Part shown: piece by piece, positions 1 through 9,534 of the stretch
Layout: every line of letters starts with the position of its first letter
Position numbering within the stretch: position 1 is the first letter of the stretch
Source: Gemmataceae bacterium
GTDB taxonomy: Bacteria > Planctomycetota > Planctomycetia > Gemmatales > Gemmataceae
DNA: 64,000 bases
Direction: 5' to 3'
NCBI GenBank assembly: GCA_036557565.1
Contig: DATBHJ010000114.1
Coordinates: 1,174 to 65,173, forward strand
Position numbers and translations under genes: made by a program
Notes under the pieces: generated by a model
Databases searched by the model: none
Told to the model about the DNA's origin: nothing
The model's input: only the letters and a program-made list of their open reading frames with translations

Positions 1-1111
1 CGTATTTAACAAACTGCTGGAAATCCGTGATCGTCTGGGAATCTATCCGCGTTTGCGAAGTGCCTGCGCCGTTATCGTTGTACAACTTCACCTTCGAGAA
101 CTTCATGCCGAAATAGGTCATGTCCTCGCCGCCCTGAGAGGGACCGATCAATCCGTGCGGCTGCGTTGCTCCGTTGCCAACTCCTCCAATCATGAAAATG
201 CTGTTGTGGTTGTAATTGAATGAGAGACCCGGCCCCCAGCCCGCACCTATCCGGGTCATCGTTAGCGAAACTTGTTTCCTGTTGACCCAGACTTGAATCG
301 TGCCGGCGGCGAGGTCGATCTGAATGCTGCACTTGAGCAGCAGAGGCGGTGTCTTGCCGAGCGGTATGGCAACTTGCCGAGAAACTCCGTCGCTAGTGAC
401 GAAACCAAAATACATCCATGACAGATTGCCGATGTAGCAGTAGAAGGGGGACGGCTTATTGAACTCCAAAGTGCCGAACAGCGCGTACTGCTGATTCAGC
501 CAGGCCCCATCGTTATTGTTGACGCAGAAGTCAATCGTAAGCGTCTGCACGCCTTTCCACAGCGTTACGCCCGTGCCCTTGCTGTTAATGGGACCAAAGG
601 CGTATGGCGAAGCCGAAAAAGCCGCCCATTGATTGCCAAACGTTCTCAGCCCATAATTCGCGTTGCAGGTGGTGTCCAGGATTCCTTTCGCAGATTGCCA
701 CGAGCCTCTATTGACTGGGACGCCTGCGGGGGCGCGGGAAACGCCGAACTGGAGAATCGGATTGTAGGTCGTGGATTGCAGAACGGAATTGTAGCGCCCG
801 TCTCCGCGAAATTTCACATAGTTGCTGTCAGCAAGGATAGGGGCAGAGATCCTGTACGCGCGGGGATTGCCCGGCACGTAGATGGTCGTTGGCTGCTTAC
901 TGGCATATATGTCATCGCAGGCTTTTTGGAACGCCGCCGTACTATCCTGGCCAGCTACAGCCCCATAACGAGTAGCGATGTTTACTTCGCTCTGAGCGCT
1001 GATGGCAAGAGAACTGACGGTAAGAGCAGTAGCCGTTGGGCGAGCGACGAAATAGCCCGACGTTGCGGCCGCCACCATAAGCACGGCAGCCATGACGGTT
1101 TTCTTCATCAT
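1..1111 (-). CDS. secreted protein, C-terminus outside the window (possibly beta-helix/pectate-lyase-like N-domain plus lectin/LamG-like domain)
   Basis: Manual reverse-complement translation: ATG at 1111 (MMKKTVMAAVLMVAAATSGYFVARP..., signal-peptide-like). The frame stays open for about 370 codons down to nt 1. It is absent from the ORF track because no stop lies inside the window. A GAGG SD-like motif sits upstream. Function is only guessed from ...TIYVPGN..YRISAPILADSNYVKFRGDG. Confidence 0.7.
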   Translation of the reverse strand, partial: MMKKTVMAAVLMVAAATSGYFVARPTATALTVSSLAISAQSEVNIATRYGAVAGQDSTAAFQKACDDIYASKQPTTIYVPGNPRAYRISAPILADSNYVKFRGDGRYNSVLQSTTYNPILQFGVSRAPAGVPVNRGSWQSAKGILDTTCNANYGLRTFGNQWAAFSASPYAFGPINSKGTGVTLWKGVQTLTIDFCVNNNDGAWLNQQYALFGTLEFNKPSPFYCYIGNLSWMYFGFVTSDGVSRQVAIPLGKTPPLLLKCSIQIDLAAGTIQVWVNRKQVSLTMTRIGAGWGPGLSFNYNHNSIFMIGGVGNGATQPHGLIGPSQGGEDMTYFGMKFSKVKLYNDNGAGTSQTRIDSQTITDFQQFVKY

Positions 1112-1537
1112 GCTGTCAACCTCTTCTGGACGAAATTTGTGCGTCCTGCGTAAGCCCGCCTCCTGGCCGAACGCTTTCGGCAATGTGTGCCCTCTGCGAT
1201 ATTCTGGCGGTTTCCAGTGGAGCAAAAGAGTGCAGTAATCCTGCTCCTCCGATACACAAAAGGCCATGCGTCACGCACGCACAGCAACGCTCAAGCTCTG
1301 GTGGAAATTGTGCCCGTGAGTAATCTTGACTGGTTATCGAGGGCTTAACAGGAAGTGGAATTCACTTCCTGGACAACAATAAGCAACTGATAGCCGAGCA
1401 CCTAGGATTTCTCTCTGGGAGCGCCGGCGCCCCTTCGGGGCAGCAACGGCTCTGTCTTCGGGCCATTCTACGTCAAATCCCAGTTACCGGCCATCGCTTG
1501 GCCGTGCCTCTTCGCGGAATCCGGTCACCGACTCGCA

Positions 1538-1942
1538 TTGAACCCACAGATGGTCGGATCGTCGGCCTGTTGGTGTGTGGAGACCGATCTGGCCCATTTG
1601 AAAACGACTCTTGGGATGGACGCCTTGCCGTGCGCGACAGAGGCCGGGGTGGCCAAAGAATTGACGGCGTTTGCGATAGCCTACAATCTGGTGCGTGTGG
1701 TGATGCTGGAGGCGAGTCAGCGGCAGGAGGTGCCGGTGAGTCTTATCAGTTTCGTAGATGCCTCGCGATGACCGTCATCGTCCCAGCCCGGCACTCCGTT
1801 GCCGAGATTGATCGTTAACCCAGATCGTGAAGGGCGCATTGAGCCGCGGTGCAAGAAGAGGCGGGCAAAGAAGCACGCCTACACGATCCATCCTAGTCCT
1901 GTGCTGAGACAACGCTTGTTAGAGCAAAAGGCCCCGGCCTAA
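1538..1942 (+). pseudogene. IS4-family DDE transposase, 3' remnant with an in-frame stop
   Basis: Carries the C-terminal IS4-type signature ...CWCVETDLAHLKTTLGMDALPCATEAGVAKELTAFAIAYNLVR.... An in-frame TGA lies at 1769-1771, and the same frame continues ...LPRLIVNPDREGRIEPRCKKRRAKK... to a TAA at 1940-1942. The N-terminal two thirds of the transposase are missing. Confidence 0.7.
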
Positions 1943-1994
1943 CTTAACGGCATTCCGACAGAACCACTTCTTCGCGCCCATCTCCACTAGCTGG

Positions 1995-3118
1995 ATGAGC
2001 GATCTCACGAAGCACTATCAGACGTTGTTGGAGCTTGACGAGTCCTGGACCGTTCGGCAGGTTGACTTTTCCCTCCAAGGGAAGAAAGTCGAGATTTGCC
2101 TCGAACACCTGGGCGGACAAACGTGCCCCCAATGCGGAGCGAGTTGTTCGCAGGCCGACCTTGCCCCCGAGAGACAGTGGCGGCAGCTGGACACCATGCA
2201 GTTCCAGACGGTGTTGCGGGCTCGAGTGCCGCGGGACGAGTGCTCGGTCTGCGACGTCAAGACCATCACGCTGCCGTGGGCGGGCGAGCACTCGCGCTTC
2301 ACGATGCTCTTCGAGGCGTTCGCCATCGAGGTGCTCAAGGCGTGCGCCAATGTGAAGCGGGCTGTGGCGCCGTTGGGCCTCGACTGGCAGACGACGCACG
2401 GCATCCAGGAGCGTGCCGTCGAGCGTGGGCTGGAACCTCGTCAATTCGACGAGGTTCGGCGTGTCGGCATCGACGAGAAGAGCTTTAGAGCGGGGTAGAG
2501 CTACGTGTCGCTGCTGACCGACCTGGAAGGATCGCGTGTCCTGGAAGTGGTGGAAGACCGCAGCAAAGCCGCGGCGGACCAACTGTGGCAGACGCTGACG
2601 CCGCCGCAGCGGGAGCAGGTGCTGGCGGTGGCCGTGGACCTGTGGGAGCCGTTCATGGCTAGTGCGGACGAGCAGGTGCCGCAGGCGGAGATCTTGCATG
2701 ACAAGTTTCACGTGGTGAAGCATCTCAACGAGGCGATCGACAAGGTGCGTCGCCAGAAGATCGGACGCTGCGTGGCGGAGGCGACGACCGCCTCGCGGGA
2801 AGCAAGCACCTGCGGCTGTCGCGCCCGGACAGCCTGACCGAAGAACGCCTCGAATAGTTGGCGGAATTGTGCGACGCGAACCTAAGGACGAACCGGGCGT
2901 GGGCCATCAAGGAGCACTTTCGCCGCTTCTGGGACTACATTTATCCGTCGACAGCGGCACAATTCTTCTCGGATTGGTACGGCGGGGCGGGGCGAAGCCG
3001 GTCGGCGCCGATGATCGAGAAGGCGAAGACGCTGAGGCGTCATTTGTCGGGGCTGTTGAGTTACTTCCGGCAACCGGTGACGAACGCCGTGAGCGAGGGC
3101 TTCAACAGCCGCATCTAG
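1995..3118 (+). pseudogene. ISL3-family transposase, inactivated (two in-frame stops plus a frameshift)
   Basis: Zn-finger N-terminus (CPQCG...CSVC), then ...GIDEKSFRAG*SYVSLLTDLEGSRVLEVVEDRS...DKFHVVKHLNEAIDKVRRQ... and ...NRAWAIKEHFRRFWDY...VTNAVSEGFNSRI. There is a TAG at 2496-2498, a frame change near 2757, and a second in-frame TAG near 2853. I could not identify terminal inverted repeats. Confidence 0.85.
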
Positions 3119-3363
3119 TCGATCAAATCGGCAGCCCGCGGCTTTCGAGCGTTCGCCAACTACCTAGCCAGAACCCTGTTCTACTGCGGGAAACTTGATC
3201 TCCGACCGTGAGCGTTAACCACGAAATTCCACGAAGCACGGAGTTAACAGCAAAGTACAACGATGAGTGATTGAAGATCGATGCTGAACACCTGACTTTG
3301 GAGACACATTCTAGCAGAGATCTGCGTCGTCGGTGCTCTGACCAGACGCGCCGAAGGTTCGCC

Positions 3364-6093
3364 TCAGCGTCGCTGGTGGCTTTGCCACCAGTCATCTCGC
3401 TGACGCTTGCGCTCCTGCGATTTTCCTTGTCGCATCTCTTGTAACACCGTGTCGAGGAGTCCTTTGGCTGCGCCGCTCTTGGGTTCTTGAGCCAGTATCA
3501 CTGTCAGCTCACGGTGCGCATCTTCGAGCTTGTGCTCCTCGCGCAGGTAGTTGGCGAACTCGAAACGCAAACGCACCTGAGAAGCATCCCGTTTAAGGCA
3601 CTGCCGATACAAAGGGATTGCCTGCTCCGGCTGTTCGAGCGCCCTGTAAATCCGCGCTTTTACAAGTAAGTCTCGCTGTCCAGGTCCCTCCTCCTCCGAT
3701 TCCAGCAAGCGCAGGGCTCTCTCCAGGAAGGGGCGACGACGCTCAACCGAGCCGAAATCGCGATAAAGATGGAGCGCCGCGGCGAGCAGTATCTGGGGTT
3801 TGTCCGGCAGGACTTTTTCCAAGAGCTGATCAGTGGAGAGCCGATTGTTCGGGAGAGAGGCAATTAGATCGAGAATCTCAAGGAGATATATATCGGACAG
3901 CTCCAGGCAATGTCGCCAGCTTTTCCAGGCTTCCAGAGGATGCATCAACAGGAGTTCTTGTAAGCCGCACTCATACCATATCTTGACATTTCCGGGACTC
4001 AGGAGCTTGGCGCGGCGGAAATAATCCTCGGCCTGATCCCCTCGTTTCATGTAGACCGGTGATGCATAGACCCCGATCCCCTGCTGTGCGTCGCTCATCA
4101 ACGGGCAAGCGTCGCGGGCGCGTAAAAACTCTTGTAGTGCCAACATTCTTTCTTCGCGGACAGCAAGAACGTCCTGGGAGTTGACTCTCCGGAGCAGTTC
4201 GCCGAATCTTCGCCGGGGCAGTTCCTTTGAGTCACCACCTTTCAGGAGCAGCTCGCCTAGCCGTCCGTAGGTGAAACCAAGTTCATAATGAAGACGAGCG
4301 TCCTCGGGGCCCAACGAGACGGCCTCGTTCAGGCAAGCGATGCGTGCGCGCAGCTGATCAGCCTCGTCGTTGCCTGTTCGGAAGGCGGCGTCGACTAGCC
4401 GATTTATACGATGGGCCTTCCAACTATCGGCGCAAATCACCAGTCCCAAGCCCACAGCCACAAGCACACCCAAGCCAGGAGCGACCCCTCCGAGGCGGAG
4501 ACGATAAGTGTCACTCTCCACGTCTTTTCCCTGGCTCATGGGACTCGAAACCGAAGTCATAGGAAGCTCTTCACCAATCTTAACTCTTCGCGCTCCGTGC
4601 GGTCTTGACTGTCCCTGGGCACAGAGGTGCGCGCAGACGACGGTCGCCAACAACGTAATGGCGGGAATGTGAGCACCGAAGTCAGCGAAACTGTGCACGG
4701 CAAAAGCGGTGAAGGCGAAGAGCGCTCCCAGCGCCAATCCCACCCGGCGACTGCCGCGGTTTATCGCCAAGGCTCGAAAGCCGAGTCGATAGATGGCGGC
4801 GAGAGCCAATACGCTCAAGGATAAACCTACTATCCCGCCTTCCACAAGGATCTCGAGGTAATCGTTGTGGGCGTGGTCATACCAGAATAGGAGATCCGTA
4901 GTAGAGGCGTCCTTACGATACATCGGCTCGACGTAGGCGAACGTCCCGTAGCCCGTTCCCCAGATGGGGTAGTTGGGTACGATGGGTAGCGAGCGAAGCC
5001 ACAACGGCACACGGCTCTCAAACGCTTGTCCTGTCCCAAATGTGGCCAGACGATCCTTCAGCACGTTGAAACCGAACCAGGCGGACAATGCCATACCGAC
5101 ACCAGCTACCACCAGGATAGGGCCGAAGCGAAATGTGCGTCCGATGCGCAGCCGGCCAAGGACGCCGCACAATATAATTGCACTCACGAGCGCCACCAGA
5201 CCTCCGCGGGAACGGCTGAAGGCCACGGCGGTGAGCATCAAGCCCAGAGCGCAGCAAATCCACAGCGTGCGGGGATCGCGCAACATTTGCAACGGCGAGA
5301 AATCCTGCTCATCGGATGCACGAGAATGGCCGCGGCTATCCTTGCTCAGGAGCAATCCTATCCCTAGTCCGATGCACATGTTGACGTAATCGGGGAAATG
5401 ATTGTGGCAAATGAACGGACCGAACGGTGTAGTTTGGGCGGCAAAAGTCCAGTAAACCGTTAAAGGCGGCGCGCTAAAGAACTGGACCAAGGCGAAAAGC
5501 GATAGGAGCGCGCCGTTTATCAGGGCTACCCAGCTGAGCCGAATCAAGGCTTCCTTCGAGGTTAGATTGTTGAGTACCACCACGAAGACCAGGAACACAG
5601 CCAAGATACGTATTGCTTCCCGTTGTGTTGCGCCGGGAGAAAGGCTGAGAGTCGAACCCGGAGAGACCATCGCTCTGGAGCTCGTCGAAGCGCTGGGCAG
5701 TATTTCCGGCTGCTGGGGCAACAGCTCGTCATAGCAGCGCGCCGCACCGGGCGACAGCCAGGCCAGCACCGGCCGCGGCAACGGCGTGGCTTGCCAGATG
5801 CCCAGGAGAAACAAGGTTATCAGGCAAAGCGCGACCGTGCTCTTCCTCCAGGTAATTTGCCCTTCCAGAAGCATCCGTGCCGCCCAGAGGGCCAGGAGCA
5901 CAGCGATGCCAAGATCGAGCACGAACTCAAAACCCGGATGAACAGCCCCGTAAGCCCACGGCGACAAGCATATCAAGGCCAGAAGAACGGCTTCCATCGC
6001 CACGACGACATAAGCGACAAGCGGCGAGCAGCGGGTAGTGAGTGAAGACAGAGCTTCTTTCTCACTATCCGCAGCTCGCCGCGCGCCGCTCAT
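3364..6093 (-). CDS. O-antigen-ligase/Wzy_C-domain membrane protein fused to a C-terminal TPR-like domain
   Basis: 909-aa ORF. The N-terminal ~480 aa is polytopic and carries the Wzy_C-type loop motif WYDHAHNDYLEILVEGGIVGL. The C-terminal ~400 aa is soluble helical repeat (e.g. ARIYRALEQPEQAIPLYRQCLKRD). Confidence 0.85.
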   Translation of the reverse strand: MSGARRAADSEKEALSSLTTRCSPLVAYVVVAMEAVLLALICLSPWAYGAVHPGFEFVLDLGIAVLLALWAARMLLEGQITWRKSTVALCLITLFLLGIWQATPLPRPVLAWLSPGAARCYDELLPQQPEILPSASTSSRAMVSPGSTLSLSPGATQREAIRILAVFLVFVVVLNNLTSKEALIRLSWVALINGALLSLFALVQFFSAPPLTVYWTFAAQTTPFGPFICHNHFPDYVNMCIGLGIGLLLSKDSRGHSRASDEQDFSPLQMLRDPRTLWICCALGLMLTAVAFSRSRGGLVALVSAIILCGVLGRLRIGRTFRFGPILVVAGVGMALSAWFGFNVLKDRLATFGTGQAFESRVPLWLRSLPIVPNYPIWGTGYGTFAYVEPMYRKDASTTDLLFWYDHAHNDYLEILVEGGIVGLSLSVLALAAIYRLGFRALAINRGSRRVGLALGALFAFTAFAVHSFADFGAHIPAITLLATVVCAHLCAQGQSRPHGARRVKIGEELPMTSVSSPMSQGKDVESDTYRLRLGGVAPGLGVLVAVGLGLVICADSWKAHRINRLVDAAFRTGNDEADQLRARIACLNEAVSLGPEDARLHYELGFTYGRLGELLLKGGDSKELPRRRFGELLRRVNSQDVLAVREERMLALQEFLRARDACPLMSDAQQGIGVYASPVYMKRGDQAEDYFRRAKLLSPGNVKIWYECGLQELLLMHPLEAWKSWRHCLELSDIYLLEILDLIASLPNNRLSTDQLLEKVLPDKPQILLAAALHLYRDFGSVERRRPFLERALRLLESEEEGPGQRDLLVKARIYRALEQPEQAIPLYRQCLKRDASQVRLRFEFANYLREEHKLEDAHRELTVILAQEPKSGAAKGLLDTVLQEMRQGKSQERKRQRDDWWQSHQRR

Positions 6094-6138
6094 GAAGCAC
6101 CCTCAAGATGTTGGGATCGGTCTCTGATCCAGTCACCC

Positions 6139-6684
6139 TTATATGAAGGGCGAGGCAGGAGGAGGGAGTGTGGGGGAGCGCAAGGGTAGTGGGAGTGTCG
6201 AGTTGGCAAGACCCTGGACAAACCTCGCCAGATTATAAAGCGCTGTGAAAAATATATCAAACTGTAGCTGCTGTTGAGCGGATAAAAAACCAAGGGTATC
6301 GATAAACTCTTCCGCGGAGAACGCGTAAAAACCTAAGAAAAAAGCGGTCCACGACACTTGAAAGGCATCAGCGACCGGGTTCTGCGTGTATCTCCAGCTC
6401 CTGACGAGCAAGGAGTCAAGGCCTTCGGCCTTGTTGGTGCTCATTTCCACGTCCTCTGTCTTGGCTCTCAGCCGCATCACCGTCGCTGTAGGAGCCTCAA
6501 AGTTCAAAAGCCCCGTGTCGGGGACCAATGCTTGTTCAGCTTTGCCTTCCGCCTTGAAGGCGGCCAACAGATTCGAACCAAGCAGTGTAATTCCCACGAC
6601 GGCAACAGCCGCGAGTAAGGCGAAGGTCAAGGATGCCCCAGCGGCCCGATTCCACCTGTGTCCGATCGCGGTAAAGAAACGCAT
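6139..6684 (-). CDS. hypothetical membrane-anchored protein
   Basis: I prefer the internal ATG at 6684 because a strong SD (GGAGGGGAGG) lies immediately upstream. The N-terminal TM segment is LTFALLAAVAVVGITLLG. I recognise no family. Confidence 0.55.
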   Translation of the reverse strand: MRFFTAIGHRWNRAAGASLTFALLAAVAVVGITLLGSNLLAAFKAEGKAEQALVPDTGLLNFEAPTATVMRLRAKTEDVEMSTNKAEGLDSLLVRSWRYTQNPVADAFQVSWTAFFLGFYAFSAEEFIDTLGFLSAQQQLQFDIFFTALYNLARFVQGLANSTLPLPLRSPTLPPPASPFI

Positions 6685-7070
6685 AGTGAACCTCCCCTCC
6701 AAAATCAGCGTTGAACGGAGTTGTGTGCTTCGTCCAAAGGTGCCAAGTTCCAATCTCCCAGTTGATACGTCAACTCGTTCCTCTGAGTATTCCGAAGGCT
6801 ATGGAGTCCCCGGTCCGGTGCGTGCGCAGACCAGCTCTCCATCTCTTCCTTAAGAGGATATTCGGTCCATTTTGCCGAGTCAAGTGCGAAACCAGAAAAC
6901 CTGGGCATTTTTTTTCGGTTACCACATCTCCAGCGTCTCAACCGCGGGAGACCGGCGCCCGGTGGCGGCCGGCTGCCTGCTGCACGGACAGACCGCCCCC
7001 TTGATTTATTCGCGCCGTTTGCCTTGATAGATCGAATAGAATGAGCAAGTAGATTGAGCAAGATGAAGAT

Positions 7071-7379
7071 TTACTGTATCCAGGTTTCCGCTATCGATAA
7101 CGGTCTGTGACACAAGCATCGCCAACCGTTATACGGACTCACAAAGCTCTGAGTTTCCTTGGTCTCTCGCACTGTACGCGAAGCGACGTCATGACTTTTC
7201 TCGGACCATTGAGAAAGGAGCCAACCGTCAATGAGCAACAATCGACGAAGCGGACACGTCATCGTAGCGACGTAGATCGCCACCGCTGTCACAAGCGGGA
7301 AAAACGCCTTCGAGAACGGGGCGTTGGTTTCGGCGTAGGGTCCCCGGGTCTTCTCATACTGTGTTGTTGCCCTTCTCAT
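7071..7379 (-). CDS. hypothetical small protein (weak call)
   Basis: 102-aa ORF starting 5 nt downstream of the gmd stop, with one hydrophobic segment (FFPLVTAVAIYVATM). No homology recognised, so it could be spurious. Confidence 0.25.
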   Translation of the reverse strand: MRRATTQYEKTRGPYAETNAPFSKAFFPLVTAVAIYVATMTCPLRRLLLIDGWLLSQWSEKSHDVASRTVRETKETQSFVSPYNGWRCLCHRPLSIAETWIQ

Positions 7380-7383
7380 CTGG

Positions 7384-8397
7384 CTAACGCTCGTCAGGAT
7401 GGGCGGACCTTGGCCGCAATTTGCCTTGGGGAACTGTTCTCTCTAACCGTTCGAGATCGGCATCCACCATGCGGTGGATCAACTCCCGGAAGCTGACGCG
7501 CGGTTGCCAACCCAGCTGACGGCGTGCCTTGCTGGCGTCGCCGATCAGCAGATCCACTTCTGCGGGACGAATTAACTCTGGGTCTTGCACGACGTACTCG
7601 CGCCAGTTCAGGCCAACATATGCGAACGCCGTCTCGACTAACTCCTGAACCGTGTGGCTCTCGCCGGTGGCGATGACGTAATCCTCGGGTAGGTCCTGCT
7701 GGAGCATCATCCACATAGCCCGCACGTAATCGCCGGCGAATCCCCAGTCGCGCCGCGCCTCTAGGTTGCCCAGTCGCAATTCCTTTGCCAGGCCCAGTTT
7801 GATACGCGCCGTGCCGTCAGTCACCTTCCGTGTGACGAACTCCAAGCCGCGGCGCTCCGACTCGTGGTTGAACAGGATGCCCGAGCAGGCGAAGATGTCA
7901 TAGCTCTCGCGGTAATTGACGGTGATGAAGTGGCCGTAGACCTTGGCGACGCCGTAAGGCGAACGCGGATAGAAGGCGGTCGTTTCCTTCTGCGGCGTCT
8001 CCTGCACCTTGCCGAACATCTCACTGGAGCTGGCCTGGTAAAAGCGGATGCCCTTGGGGTCGAGCAGGCGGACGGCTTCCAGCACGCGCGTGACGCCTAT
8101 GGCCGTGAATTCCCCTGTCAACACCGGCTGCTGCCAGCTGGTCGGCACGAAGCTCATGGCCGCCAGATTGTAGACCTCCTGTGGGCGCACGCGCTTCAGC
8201 ACGCCAATGAGCGACAGCTGATCCAGAAGATCGGCCTGATGCAGCTGAACGCGGCCGGTCAGGTGAGCAATCCGCTCGAAATTCTCAGTGCTGGCGCGGC
8301 GCACGATGCCGTGTACCTCGTAGCCCTGCTCCAAGAGCCACTCCGCCAGGTAACTGCCATCTTGGCCGGTGATCCCAGTGATGATCGCTTTCTTCAT
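7384..8397 (-). CDS. gmd: GDP-mannose 4,6-dehydratase
   Basis: [36 protein letters not shown]..., SSSEMFG and YGVAKVYGH form a near-canonical Gmd/SDR signature along the whole length. I prefer the ATG at 8397 over the ORF-track start at 8442. Confidence 0.95.
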   Translation of the reverse strand: MKKAIITGITGQDGSYLAEWLLEQGYEVHGIVRRASTENFERIAHLTGRVQLHQADLLDQLSLIGVLKRVRPQEVYNLAAMSFVPTSWQQPVLTGEFTAIGVTRVLEAVRLLDPKGIRFYQASSSEMFGKVQETPQKETTAFYPRSPYGVAKVYGHFITVNYRESYDIFACSGILFNHESERRGLEFVTRKVTDGTARIKLGLAKELRLGNLEARRDWGFAGDYVRAMWMMLQQDLPEDYVIATGESHTVQELVETAFAYVGLNWREYVVQDPELIRPAEVDLLIGDASKARRQLGWQPRVSFRELIHRMVDADLERLERTVPQGKLRPRSAHPDER

Positions 8398-8578
8398 ATG
8401 TTGTACCCAAGTTTTCCCAGTTGCCCGGTGCGCCGACCGCAAACGTCTCTATTCTCTTTCGGCGCACGAAAATCCGATAAAAGCATTAAATCCACCCCAG
8501 TATCCGAGACGATTATGGAGAATGTTGCCGAAGAGGTCAATTCTGCGGCAGTCGTTGCCTATCTCGTAGAGGCGAGTA

Positions 8579-9373
8579 ATGCGCGCGATGATAATGTTAT
8601 ACCTTGTGGGACTCGGTTTTGCCTGCCAGGGATGCGCGCCGTTATGGCAGTCTGCCAGAACCTCCCTGGTTCAACCCTTTATCTATCGTCGCATCTCGAC
8701 CGATTATCACGAATGCCGCCGCAATCGAGAATTGGCCGACGAAGCCTGGGGATCATTCTTTAGCAAGCATCCGACCTTGGAGTATTCCAAAGATTTCGAA
8801 TGCGGCTTCAAGGAGGGCTTTTCGGACTACCTTTACTCGGGTGGAACAGGGGCACCACCTCCAGTGCCGCCGCGCTGCTACTGGAATTATAAGTACGAGA
8901 CTCCGGAGGGCCACAAAGCAGCTCAGAATTGGTTTGCTGGTTTCCGGGCGGGCGCCGAAAGCGCCCGGGAGAGTGGTTACCGCAAGCTGGTCTTAGTAGC
9001 TACCTCTACGTGCATTCCGACGTCAGGTACACAGATGTCCCCGCTTCCGTCTCCTTCTCAGTCTGCTGCTCCGGACAAGTCACCGGGGTCGGGAACGGGC
9101 ATGGAGGAGATGCTTCCACCACCGAAGCCCGTGCCCAATTCGGATAAACCGGCAACCGAGAAGTCGCCGACTAGCGAACCGCCGCCCCCGCCCGCTCCAA
9201 GCCGTCCTCCCGAGGAAACCCCGCCGAGGTTCCAGCAGACCTCCGACTTGGTCGATCCACCAATACCGCCTCCATACCCGGCTGAGTTGATTCCTCGGCG
9301 TCCGGAGCCGAAAAATGGGGCGCTGAAAACGGGTAGCGGTCCGTCTATCCGACTTGGGGCAAATGAGCCCTGA
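8579..9373 (+). CDS. putative lipoprotein with Pro-rich C-terminus
   Basis: Signal/lipobox-like MRAMIMLYLVGLGFACQGC, a GAGG SD, and a Pro/Ser-rich tail. It lies immediately upstream of, and is co-oriented with, the Wza-like gene. Confidence 0.6.
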   Translation: MRAMIMLYLVGLGFACQGCAPLWQSARTSLVQPFIYRRISTDYHECRRNRELADEAWGSFFSKHPTLEYSKDFECGFKEGFSDYLYSGGTGAPPPVPPRCYWNYKYETPEGHKAAQNWFAGFRAGAESARESGYRKLVLVATSTCIPTSGTQMSPLPSPSQSAAPDKSPGSGTGMEEMLPPPKPVPNSDKPATEKSPTSEPPPPPAPSRPPEETPPRFQQTSDLVDPPIPPPYPAELIPRRPEPKNGALKTGSGPSIRLGANEP

Positions 9374-9534
9374 CTTGTTGCCGCGTTGTGATGGAACACA
9401 GAGGAGAAGCCCTTTGCACCAAGGCCAATTGCAGGGACTGACGGTTGCAAAAAAGAGGTTATACAGTGGCTAGAGCCGCACAGCATAATCCCGTGCCAAT
9501 ATATTCCGCTACTACCGCGCCACTGCCGAAGGGG

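Noticed and set aside
629-1153. 174-aa plus-strand ORF from the track
   Set aside because: It lies antisense to the continuous 370-codon minus-strand gene with a signal peptide. Its sequence is Arg/Gly-rich with no protein-like pattern, so it is a shadow ORF typical of high-GC DNA.
1944-2723. 259-aa minus-strand ORF
   Set aside because: Antisense shadow of the ISL3 transposase pseudogene, whose plus-strand translation carries clear family motifs.
1940-3260. Terminal inverted repeats of the ISL3 copy
   Set aside because: I compared both flanks by eye and found no convincing inverted repeat, so only the transposase pseudogene is annotated and the element boundaries are left open.
7864-8763. 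299-aa plus-strand ORF
   Set aside because: It is mostly antisense to gmd, which is unambiguous, and has Arg/Ala/Gly-rich composition.
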